From a virus (Duplodnaviria > Heunggongvirae > Uroviricota > Caudoviricetes): a stretch of DNA of 64,000 nt. Shown piece by piece: positions 17,532 through 25,513 of this stretch. The notes beneath the pieces are model-generated. The model did not search any database. It worked only from the letters and a program-made list of their open reading frames with translations, and was not told where the DNA came from. Each line of letters begins with the position of its first letter. Position 1 is the first letter of the stretch. The stretch covers positions 64,850 through 128,849 of IMG/VR virus record IMGVR_UViG_3300035670_000017. One strand, 5' to 3'. The position numbers and the translations under genes were made by a program.

Positions 17532-19460
17532 ATGGCTATCAATGTCGACCTGAACAACCTGGGCAACAACGGTGACGCACCCAAGCCCCAACCAAGCACT
17601 GACCGCAGCGAGGGTCAGCGTCCTTCCTCGGACAATTCTCGCACCTTCACTCAACAGACGAAAAACATGAGCAACATCTTCAATCCCTTCGACAACACCG
17701 GCGGTCAAGTTCTGGGCCGCATGATCCATCCTGAGTCCGGCTCCGAAGCGTTCAAGCGCGTGGTTGAGCTGCTGACCAAGACAGCTGCTGAAACCAACGG
17801 CGCTATCGAGATCTTCCCCTTCCCTCGCGAAATCCACACCGACCTGAGCCACTCGGTCATCGCTGTGGTCCGCAGCAACAAGGTCCCCGTGGGTCCCGGT
17901 CGCCCCAAGCACGATTTCGTGACTTGCCAGATCTGGATCATGGAAGCCACTGGCGAAGTGCCTCGTGCTCATGAAGTGGTCGAAGGTGGCAAGCGCTGGA
18001 TGGTGACACCCACCATCGAAGACAGCCATAACACCATCCTGGTCGAATACGTGTCTTCGACCCTGCGCAACCACTACGGCCAAGAAACCCTGGTCATGAC
18101 GATCGATCCCCTGATCATTCCTCGTGAACAAGATCTGACCAAGGACGAACGCCTGGTGGCTCAGCTGGACGTGTCGATCACCGCTGTGAACACCCGCACC
18201 TATGTGCGCATCGACGGCTTCCAGGACTACAACTACGTTGCCAACCACGGCGGCAAGGATGTTATCCTGGCTGTGTCGACCAGCATCCGTCCCGAGACCC
18301 GCACCGACCTGCAAAACCGTCCCTTCTACTCCGACGCCGAAGTGGTGGTCTCCGTGGAAAAGAACGGTCCTCGCACTCAAGGCGAAGTGTTCCACCAGCC
18401 TTCCACGACCAAGGATGTCTGCGCGACTTCCGTGATGGTGGACCTGGTGCCCGTGGACGCTGAGCTGCTGGAAGTCAACCGTTCGCACCGTGGTTCGGGT
18501 TTCCGTCCCAAGGCTGCATGGGCTCCTCGTCTGACTGCCGTCAACGTCGACCAGTTCTTCACCCGCACTCCTGCTGGTATCCTGTTTGCGCTGACCTCGA
18601 TGACACAGCTGGCTGCTGACCGCGCATACGCTGAGACTTTCCGTCCCAGCAAGCAACGCGACGCAGTGAACCTGCGTGACATCGGCTACCTGAACATCGA
18701 AGCCAACCTGGACGACGAAGAAGGCGAATACGGCAGCCGCGTGCCTGTGCAAGACGCCAGCGACAGCGAAATCGGCAAGTTCCTGGACCTGACCGTGACC
18801 CGCTTCCCTATCCTGGCCGTCGACTGCATGACCACTGGTCCTCAGGCGTACTACACCACCGGTCTGTACAACGTGGCTCGTGGCCGCAGCGACAGCGCTC
18901 GTCGCGCTCAAGCCGAACTGTATCACAGCCTGCGCTGCGCTACCAACGGCCTGATCGAGAACTTCGTCAGTCCTGACGAATCGTTCGTGGCTGACGAAGG
19001 TGAGCTGATCCATGTCGGTTACTGGATCGATGACAACGGCCGTCGCCGTGACCTGCGTGAGCTGGACAACTATCTGGCTGTGGCTGCTCTGTCCAAGAAC
19101 AACCCTCGCCTGATCGACGACTGGTGCGCTACCTACCACCGCATCGACATCGCTGAAGCTCGCCGCATGAGCGACCGCTGGAACATCCTGATGGCCATCT
19201 CGGCCAATGAGGCTGTCCAGACCGGCACCGCGCTGCGCGTGGGTATCAACGACAAGGTGGTGAGTGGTTTCGTGGACGCTCTGAGCGAAGCCAAGCTGCC
19301 TATGGTCAGCCGTGGCAGCGGCAATGGCGACGCGTTCGCAGTGCATCGTGCTGTCAGCCGTACCGCTGGCCGCTCCATGTACCGTGGTCAAGGCATGGCC
19401 CACAGCCAAGTCGCCGCCGGTGGCCGCGCTACCAGCCGTTGGGCTGCAGACCGCTTCTAA
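17532..19460 (+). CDS. highly expressed 642-aa protein; candidate phage-nucleus shell protein (chimallin-like); major capsid protein is the alternative
   Basis: GC3-rich codon usage unlike its neighbours. Disordered N-terminus (~60 aa) and C-terminus (~50 aa) flank a ~530-aa core. Followed by the RNAP beta-prime N gene, as in phiKZ gp54-gp55. Confidence 0.5.
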   Translation: MAINVDLNNLGNNGDAPKPQPSTDRSEGQRPSSDNSRTFTQQTKNMSNIFNPFDNTGGQVLGRMIHPESGSEAFKRVVELLTKTAAETNGAIEIFPFPREIHTDLSHSVIAVVRSNKVPVGPGRPKHDFVTCQIWIMEATGEVPRAHEVVEGGKRWMVTPTIEDSHNTILVEYVSSTLRNHYGQETLVMTIDPLIIPREQDLTKDERLVAQLDVSITAVNTRTYVRIDGFQDYNYVANHGGKDVILAVSTSIRPETRTDLQNRPFYSDAEVVVSVEKNGPRTQGEVFHQPSTTKDVCATSVMVDLVPVDAELLEVNRSHRGSGFRPKAAWAPRLTAVNVDQFFTRTPAGILFALTSMTQLAADRAYAETFRPSKQRDAVNLRDIGYLNIEANLDDEEGEYGSRVPVQDASDSEIGKFLDLTVTRFPILAVDCMTTGPQAYYTTGLYNVARGRSDSARRAQAELYHSLRCATNGLIENFVSPDESFVADEGELIHVGYWIDDNGRRRDLRELDNYLAVAALSKNNPRLIDDWCATYHRIDIAEARRMSDRWNILMAISANEAVQTGTALRVGINDKVVSGFVDALSEAKLPMVSRGSGNGDAFAVHRAVSRTAGRSMYRGQGMAHSQVAAGGRATSRWAADRF

Positions 19461-19506
19461 TAGAAGCACAGCCTCTAGCAATAGGGGCTTTTAACTGAAG
19501 CATACT

Positions 19507-19539
19507 CTACACTCTACCGCTTAATGCGGTAGAGTGTAG
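19507..19539 (+). terminator. terminator-like hairpin (ctacactctaccgc ttaat gcggtagagtgtag)
   Basis: 14-bp perfect stem 47 bp after the stop. Weak T-run. Confidence 0.5.
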
Positions 19540-19927
19540 GGATATGTATTTGACTACAAATTCTCTCCGTCAAGAAAATGGTATCCGCAACTGTTCGCAC
19601 AAATCTGGGTGTATTCATCGAAACCGATCGTAACATCGAGACGTCCGATTTCCTCAAAAAGTTGAAACAGAAATTCCAGCACCACCAAGATATCCGCATT
19701 CAGATCAACACCGTTGGAAACCATTTCCTGCTGGAGGGTCGCCTAAGTCAGTTTAGGCTTAAAGGGTCCTAGTAGTTCCATGTATAGCGTCTTCTCCTTC
19801 ATGGACAAGGCGACTATACATGGGGCTGCTGGGACTCTTCTTTTTTACCCTCTGTAAATATATAGACAGTAGTCTATTACTTTGAGAGCCATCTCATCCC
19901 TTCCCTTCTCAACCCTCAAGGATACTT

Positions 19928-20467
19928 ATGTCTGAAAAACAATTTTCCATGGACGATCTGAAAAAGCGCATCGAAGAGTCCGTCATCGTGAACATGGGTA
20001 TGATGATGCCTGAAGAGGCATTGAAAGAATTGGTGACCAAAGCCATCGATCGTTTCTTTTCAGCACAAGAGAAATTCGTCGTGACCCGCAATCATGATAA
20101 CGGATACAGTTCGTCGCGTGTACCGAATGTGTCATGTACCATGGAATGCTCTACGTTCGAGATGATGGTCTGGAATGCTATCTTCCCGATTGTCAAAGAG
20201 CACTTGAAGAAATTTGTGGAAGACACCAAGAGCGAACTCAATAAGGTCGTTGAGGAGACCACTAATAATCTCAACGAGAAGCTCAAGACACTGACCCTGC
20301 AAAACGCTGTCTCTGTGATCCCTGTTATACAGGAATATAAATTGCTTACTTCGGTGAACGACACCATGCGAAACATGTTGGCTAGTATCCATACTACTTT
20401 CTGTGTGAACCGATTGGAAACCGGTACACTCAAAGACCCTCTGACCGGTAACACTCCATTCTGTTGA
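19928..20467 (+). CDS. hypothetical protein (179 aa)
   Basis: CAAGGATACTTATG RBS-start. Confidence 0.5.
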   Translation: MSEKQFSMDDLKKRIEESVIVNMGMMMPEEALKELVTKAIDRFFSAQEKFVVTRNHDNGYSSSRVPNVSCTMECSTFEMMVWNAIFPIVKEHLKKFVEDTKSELNKVVEETTNNLNEKLKTLTLQNAVSVIPVIQEYKLLTSVNDTMRNMLASIHTTFCVNRLETGTLKDPLTGNTPFC

Positions 20468-20500
20468 TCAATGGATACCTCTTGTAAAAATAACAAATAA

Positions 20501-20518
20501 TATATACTTCACTTGAGG
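20501..20518 (+). promoter_or_regulatory. motif copy 4 TATATACTTCACTTGAGG
   Basis: 47 bp upstream of GTG 20565. Overlaps the left arm of hairpin 20518-20536. Confidence 0.5.
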
Positions 20519-20548
20519 ACCGATGACGTATCGGTCTTTTTGTTATTG
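20518..20548 (+). terminator. hairpin gaccgat gacgt atcggtc + TTTTTGTT (terminator/attenuator-like) between motif and RBS
   Basis: 7-bp stem plus T-run immediately downstream of the promoter-like motif. Confidence 0.45.
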
Positions 20549-20564
20549 AAAGGAAGGTATAAGA

Positions 20565-21734
20565 GTGCCTATTATTAATAGGTTTGTAAATCATGATGAG
20601 CTTTATGAAAAAGCGATCGCATCGGGAATCACCCCGATCATCATCAATGATCTACCGAATACTACAGAAGCCGACAAGCAGTACATCCGAGATCTGACAC
20701 TCACTCAACTTACCAGCGACACGATCAACACGATCCCCAGCTGTAAGTGTGGAGCTACCCGTGGCAAATATGCCATCGGCAAGGTCTGCCCGATTCCTAC
20801 ATGCGGAGACGTCGTCAAGACTAACATCGAAGACTCCTCTCGGTCTTTGCTCTGGGTGCGAGCACCTGAGGGTGTAGATGCATTGGTATCTCCGGTGGTT
20901 TGGAAGATGCTCTCCGCGTACTTCACCAAGAACAACCACAATGCGATTGCGTGGCTGACTGACTCTCACTATACAAGTGCTTCTCGAACTCCCGTGGAGA
21001 TTGATAAGCTGTATCGCAAGGGTCACGAGAGGGATCTGAATTATTTCATCAGGAATTTCGACACGATCTTGTTGGACCTGATGGAGATCTTCCCTGAAAA
21101 GCCAAATCGCAGGTATAACAAACTGCGGCATTTCATCGACGAACACCGAGACATCATCTTCAGTCGCTTTCAACCGATTGCTTCCCGGAACTTGTTCATC
21201 ACGGACAAGACCAATCTGGGTATCTACATGGAAGATGCGATCAAGGATGCCCTGGACACCATCTATCACTTTGTGTCGATCGACGCAGAGTTCTATGATC
21301 GGTCTCCTAAGGTGATCGCTAATCGAACAGCGCGCTTTCTTGCCAGACAAGCGGAGTTCTATCCCGACTACATCACTACGAACTTTCAGCCAAAGCCGGG
21401 TCACTACCGACGCTATATGCTGGGTGCTCGTAACATCTTCTCTGCTCGCGGTGTGATCACATCAGTCACAGGTGAGCATAAGTATGACGAAGTCGGTATA
21501 CCGTGGCGTATCGCAGTTCCGATGTATAGTCATGACCTCATGGGTAAACTCATGCGGTACGGCTATAACTTCAATGAAGCTCTTGGCTATGTGATGCGAA
21601 AGGTTGTCGTATATGACAAACTGATCCATCGCTTCTTGGATGAGATCTTCAGTGAGTCTCCTGGTGGACGTGGACCTTCGATGATCTTACATCGGAACCC
21701 AACGCTTATACATTCAATATATTCATACATATAG
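20565..21734 (+). CDS. multisubunit RNA polymerase beta-prime, N-terminal fragment, exon 1 (reading frame runs into intron 1)
   Basis: GTG start with AGGAAGG RBS. Zn ribbon CKCG-x11-CPIPTCG. RRYMLGARNIFSARGVITSV matches GKRVDFSGRSVI. ILHRNPTLIHS matches NRAPTLH. Confidence 0.8.
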   Translation: MPIINRFVNHDELYEKAIASGITPIIINDLPNTTEADKQYIRDLTLTQLTSDTINTIPSCKCGATRGKYAIGKVCPIPTCGDVVKTNIEDSSRSLLWVRAPEGVDALVSPVVWKMLSAYFTKNNHNAIAWLTDSHYTSASRTPVEIDKLYRKGHERDLNYFIRNFDTILLDLMEIFPEKPNRRYNKLRHFIDEHRDIIFSRFQPIASRNLFITDKTNLGIYMEDAIKDALDTIYHFVSIDAEFYDRSPKVIANRTARFLARQAEFYPDYITTNFQPKPGHYRRYMLGARNIFSARGVITSVTGEHKYDEVGIPWRIAVPMYSHDLMGKLMRYGYNFNEALGYVMRKVVVYDKLIHRFLDEIFSESPGGRGPSMILHRNPTLIHSIYSYI

Positions 21735-23150
21735 TATGAGAGTATTGAAGCGTCGATATCTCTCTTATTTAAGCTAGGGAAATACCGATGTCTAATGAAA
21801 CTGTAATTAACTTTGACGGAGAAGACTGGAAAGCTGTTCCAGGGTTTTCAGATGTTTACGTGACTAAAACCGGACGAGTTGCCGGTAGACGTCGGGGAAT
21901 AATGATCGAGAGAATATACCAGAAAAGCAATCGCTTATACGGTATCGATGAAAATGGAAACGAATCCAGATACATCCTCGTGACTCTTCCCGGTAAAAAA
22001 GGAGGTAGATCCCGGACAAGCACAGGCGTTCATCGTCTTGTTTGTTTGACTTGGAACGGACCGCCACCATCTGACGATAAGAAATATGAAGTTAACCACA
22101 TAGACGGAAACAAGGCTAATAATAACGCCAAGAATCTGGAATGGGTTACCGGATCTAAGAATGTTCAACATTGTTACAACATCGGAAAGCACTCTGTTGC
22201 TCGACGAATAGTTGCCACCAATGTTGATACTGGTTTGGTTAAATACTATCGCTCGGGAAAACAATTAGCCGACGAATACGGATTTAATCATTTCCACGTC
22301 TCATCTTTCCTCAATAAACATGAAACCGACCCCTTGGATGGGTGGGTTTTTGAATACGAGGCGACGGATGAATCTACTTCTTATCGACATCACTCTTCGC
22401 GTCAAATAGCTTATAAAGACTATCTAACTAATGTAATACATCTCTTGCCGTCTTGCAGAGCAGCTTCTAGCCTATCTAAAGTCAAATGCGGAACTATTGT
22501 TTCCGCTGTACGATATAATAGACTCAATGGGCCGCGCTTAACAGGACAATTCGTTTTTCAGGATCTAACCGCGAATATGGTCTGGCCTGAATATACGAAG
22601 GAGGAGATTGAGACAAGTATAGAAAGTATGCGTAAGCGTTCGTTACTTACAGCGAAACGACATCGTTTCTAAAGTTTAAATAAGGGAGATATTGGCGAGT
22701 AGGCCGATTATCTAGAAATAGGTAATTGAAATCTACCTTTTTGCGGGGAACTCTCGTTAGGCTCTATCTACCAAGTACAATGAGTAATTGTTGTATGGCT
22801 TGTCTAGTCAGCAAGGTACGGTAACAAGGATAGAGATAGAGACAATCGCGCAGCGAAGCTCCCACTGGGAGTAGCGTTCAACGACTAGAGCTGAAATGCT
22901 CGTAGGGCCCAAGCGGGCGTGCAACTTGCACCGTAAGCCGAAATGGTAGACACCTGACCAGGTAATGCTGAAGGTGAAGATATAGTCTGTTCCATCTCTG
23001 AACTGACAGAGAGTAATGAGCGAAAGCTCTGGCGGGTGTCCTAGCGCACCGGCTTAATTCAAAGATCGACGTGAGTCGTGGCGGTTTTAAGCGGACATTA
23101 AGGCAACAAGGTTCCATGCAGCGCTTCTTTGGTAAGCTGAAGACTGATCC
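21735..23150 (+). mobile_element. group I intron 1 (about 1.4 kb, boundaries approximate) carrying an HNH homing-endonuclease ORF
   Basis: Core elements downstream of the HEG: P 22741 TTGCGGGGAA, Q 22844 AATCGCGCAGC, R 22876 GTTCAACGACTAGA, S 22977 AAGATATAGTC. No protein-coding signal 22673-23150 apart from the micro-exon. Confidence 0.6.
21788..22672 (+). CDS. HNH homing endonuclease (294 aa), intron-encoded
   Basis: HNH motif VHRLVCLTWNG...YEVNHIDGNKANNNAKNLEWVT. N-terminal NUMOD-like WKAVPGFSDVYVTKTGRV. Own RBS GGGAAATACCGATG. Confidence 0.8.
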   Translation: MSNETVINFDGEDWKAVPGFSDVYVTKTGRVAGRRRGIMIERIYQKSNRLYGIDENGNESRYILVTLPGKKGGRSRTSTGVHRLVCLTWNGPPPSDDKKYEVNHIDGNKANNNAKNLEWVTGSKNVQHCYNIGKHSVARRIVATNVDTGLVKYYRSGKQLADEYGFNHFHVSSFLNKHETDPLDGWVFEYEATDESTSYRHHSSRQIAYKDYLTNVIHLLPSCRAASSLSKVKCGTIVSAVRYNRLNGPRLTGQFVFQDLTANMVWPEYTKEEIETSIESMRKRSLLTAKRHRF

Positions 23151-23214
23151 AACCGATCCAAGTATCGGGATGAGCATTCTGACAGTCGTACCGCCTAACG
23201 CTGACTTCGACGGT
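23150..23214 (+). CDS. beta-prime micro-exon 2 encoding ...SIGMSILTVVPPNADFDG (5' boundary approximate)
   Basis: Aligns to beta-prime IQLHPLVCAAYNADFDG. The 3' end is fixed by P1 pairing of exon GACGGT with intron GCCGTC (23224-23229), with U.G at the splice site. Confidence 0.5.
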
Positions 23215-23512
23215 AAACATATTGCCGTCTCTAAACTCTTTTAATTGCTGGGAACTCCTTAGAGCCTAATAGACCACTGCGAGTCGAAAGACAAAGCCAA
23301 GGTTTGACAACTATCAGGATTGGATAATCAGCAGCTAAGCCCCTTGAGTGCTAATTGACATAGGGGAAAGTTCACAGATCATCGAAAGGGTAGGCTAAAA
23401 GCCGAGTAACCGAGTAGAGTAGAATCCACTAGCGGTAAGGTGGAAAGAAATGGAGAGCACTCTGTAAAGAGTGAAGATATGATCGGTCCGCTTCGAAAGA
23501 ACGCGGGATGTG
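23215..23512 (+). other. group I intron 2 (about 298 nt, ORF-less)
   Basis: IGS GCCGTC 23224-23229. P 23242 AATTGCTGGGAA, Q 23326 AATCAGCAGC, R 23370 GTTCACAGATCAT, S 23474 AAGATATGATCGG. The 3' exon start AAAATG can pair with CATATT (P10). Confidence 0.55.
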
Positions 23513-23757
23513 GATAAAATGACCTACCACATGACTCAGGGTACGCTCCTGAGGAAAGCTCTGACGAGTTAATGGTCCACGGATGCACTCAACCTCATGA
23601 GAGCTGTTGATAAGAAGATGGCTGATTTCTGGGAAGTATTCGCTACCCATTACAACATCTTCTTGCTGGATAACCCGATGGAAGCATCTGGTAATCTGGC
23701 CCTTACTAAGCCTATCGTGATGAGCGGTGGTGCTTGGCTGGAAGACGAAGACGACTA
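23513..23757 (+). CDS. beta-prime exon 3: DKMTYH... completes NADFDG|DKMTYH; stops at TAA 23570 overlapping ATG 23572; a second frame continues to 23757 (frameshift or extra split unresolved)
   Basis: NADFDGDKMTYH compares with the universal NADFDGDQMAVH. The downstream frame ...NIFLLDNPMEASGNLALTKPIVMSGG resembles beta-prime [20 protein letters not shown]. Confidence 0.45.
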
Positions 23758-23767
23758 ACAACAATCT

Positions 23768-23812
23768 ATCTCTAGATACCCCAAAAGGGTATCTAGAGAT
23801 ATTTCTTTTTTA
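23768..23812 (+). terminator. intrinsic terminator (tctctagataccc caaaa gggtatctagaga + T-run)
   Basis: 13-bp stem followed by tatttcttttttagg. Confidence 0.75.
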
Positions 23813-23824
23813 GGAGAACTAAAA

Positions 23825-24187
23825 ATGACGAGTGTAGAAATTCTTCCCTCCGATATATGCCAGGAATATGAGCACGAAGCACAAAAAGTCGATAAGGATT
23901 ATGTTTTCGAAGAAGGGGAATTATTTATCCCGATAGCTGGGTGTTATGAGGATAGGACGGTTTACCCTCCATATCGAGTCTTTAAGCGATTTTCGATTCA
24001 GCGGGTCATTGATAAATTCAAAGATAATTTATCATTGGGCTCATGCTTAATAGAAGAGCAAGTCAATGTTCTCCTAGAATTGATGACGAAAGAAGGATAT
24101 ATCGTCAAACAACCGAGCGTCAAATCCTATTCTTTCGGAGATTATTATTTCCTCAATAATCATGCTCTTAATAAATCTCAGAATTAA
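23825..24187 (+). CDS. hypothetical protein (120 aa)
   Basis: TAGGAGAACTAAAAATG RBS-start. Confidence 0.5.
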   Translation: MTSVEILPSDICQEYEHEAQKVDKDYVFEEGELFIPIAGCYEDRTVYPPYRVFKRFSIQRVIDKFKDNLSLGSCLIEEQVNVLLELMTKEGYIVKQPSVKSYSFGDYYFLNNHALNKSQN

Positions 24188-24207
24188 TTAAGCAAGGAAT
24201 AACTGAC

Positions 24208-24486
24208 ATGTTATCTCTCATAGTCGAGACTAATCAGAAGAACCAGCTGGCTTGTCATTGGGTTTTGGAAACCCATACTCTTGAGGAAGCCGAAAAGCGT
24301 ATCTCGGAGACTCCTTTGATGCGGGGAAATAAACGCACAGTCTACACCAACATCAACCCATTAACTGTGGGTGATGTCGAGGGTGCTCCTAGTACTGTCT
24401 TTGTTGATCTTGGAAATGTCCAGGATAACAGCGTTCTTCACATCTGCCAGGACATCCACCGACTGGTTCTCAAAATGCAAAACTGA
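24208..24486 (+). CDS. hypothetical protein (92 aa)
   Basis: AAGGAATAACTGACATG RBS-start. Confidence 0.5.
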   Translation: MLSLIVETNQKNQLACHWVLETHTLEEAEKRISETPLMRGNKRTVYTNINPLTVGDVEGAPSTVFVDLGNVQDNSVLHICQDIHRLVLKMQN

Positions 24487-24491
24487 TAAAT

Positions 24492-24818
24492 ATGGAAAAA
24501 CTAAAATTGACCATTCAGCGACCTATTGATGACGAAAATATCGTCATTGATTTGTCCAGTATTCCAAACGCAGCTCACTATTTGTTCTGCTACCGGGAAC
24601 CTAAGGGTTTTAAATCTATACCTAGAAAATATCTCAGTGGGTATGATTTTGAAAACGCCGCATATGAGATCCAAGTATCGGATATCCTTGATGCCGATTA
24701 CAGTGTCCGACTAGATACAGGAATGACTGCTCTTGAACACTTAGGAAAAGAGTGGGAAAAGGTCCTGGAAAAATTACAGTCGTACAGAGGAGAAAAAATT
24801 GTCGCATCGAACATATAA
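24492..24818 (+). CDS. hypothetical protein (108 aa)
   Basis: ORF in a tightly packed + array. Confidence 0.45.
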   Translation: MEKLKLTIQRPIDDENIVIDLSSIPNAAHYLFCYREPKGFKSIPRKYLSGYDFENAAYEIQVSDILDADYSVRLDTGMTALEHLGKEWEKVLEKLQSYRGEKIVASNI

Positions 24819-25233
24819 AATTAAACAATTCCAGGATTTCTTTCCTGAAATATTCAAGGGCATCTCAGTGGTGAAGGATTTACCTATTGAAGATGGAGTC
24901 CAATCTTTTCCATTAGAGAATATTAGCACTGTTTCTCCAACTAGTAGTGACGAAGAGAAGGCGCTTGCTGTTCAGTCAGCTAAATGGGCATCGATGCTTC
25001 GGGTATCCAAATTGATTATCGATGTATTTTTGAGTCGAGGTAAAGTGACGGATGGTAACTTCAAGTTCATTTTGACAGATCCAGTTACAGCGGCGAGGCT
25101 GTCAAATTCCAATGAGAATCGAAAAGATTTCATTTCTGTTTCTCTTGACTGCCGACTACACGACATCTCGTTTCATTATAATCAAATCACGCTCAGTTTT
25201 GTCAAGGATAAGATCCTGATCAAAATAGACTAA
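24799..25233 (+). CDS. hypothetical protein (144 aa)
   Basis: ORF overlapping the upstream gene's 3' end by 20 nt. Confidence 0.4.
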   Translation: MSHRTYKIKQFQDFFPEIFKGISVVKDLPIEDGVQSFPLENISTVSPTSSDEEKALAVQSAKWASMLRVSKLIIDVFLSRGKVTDGNFKFILTDPVTAARLSNSNENRKDFISVSLDCRLHDISFHYNQITLSFVKDKILIKID

Positions 25234-25243
25234 AGGAATAGAA

Positions 25244-25483
25244 ATGGAAACAAAATTCTGGGATATTTGGGTTGAGGGATGGGCTGCTACAGGCGGAGGT
25301 TCAAAAGCGAGCCTGGTGGTTTCCAAGGTAGAGGCTCCTACATTTACAGAAGCTATTGAAAAGTATGCTTCGGGTGATCCTGAGTTCAAAAAATACCTCG
25401 CTAAACAACGGGACGGAACATATACACACTGGGGTTGTCGTTTGTTCGACAATGAAAAAGACGCCAGAAAGTTTCTGGGTTAA
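25244..25483 (+). CDS. hypothetical protein (79 aa)
   Basis: AAAGGAATAGAAATG RBS-start. Confidence 0.5.
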   Translation: METKFWDIWVEGWAATGGGSKASLVVSKVEAPTFTEAIEKYASGDPEFKKYLAKQRDGTYTHWGCRLFDNEKDARKFLG

Positions 25484-25513
25484 TTACAGGAAACACCTAA
25501 CCTTTAAAATAAA

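Noticed and set aside
17208-19481. 757-aa minus-strand ORF spanning the whole chimallin-like gene
   Set aside because: This is an antisense shadow created by the GC3-rich codon usage of the + gene. The protein is Ala/Gly/Val/His low-complexity, there is no RBS or promoter context, and the + ORF has a clear RBS, promoter motif and terminator.
22978-23214. Reading all of 22978-23214 as one continuous 79-aa exon
   Set aside because: The group I S element (22977-22987) and the expected P9 region lie inside it. Only the last ~20 codons align to beta-prime. I prefer a micro-exon starting near 23150.
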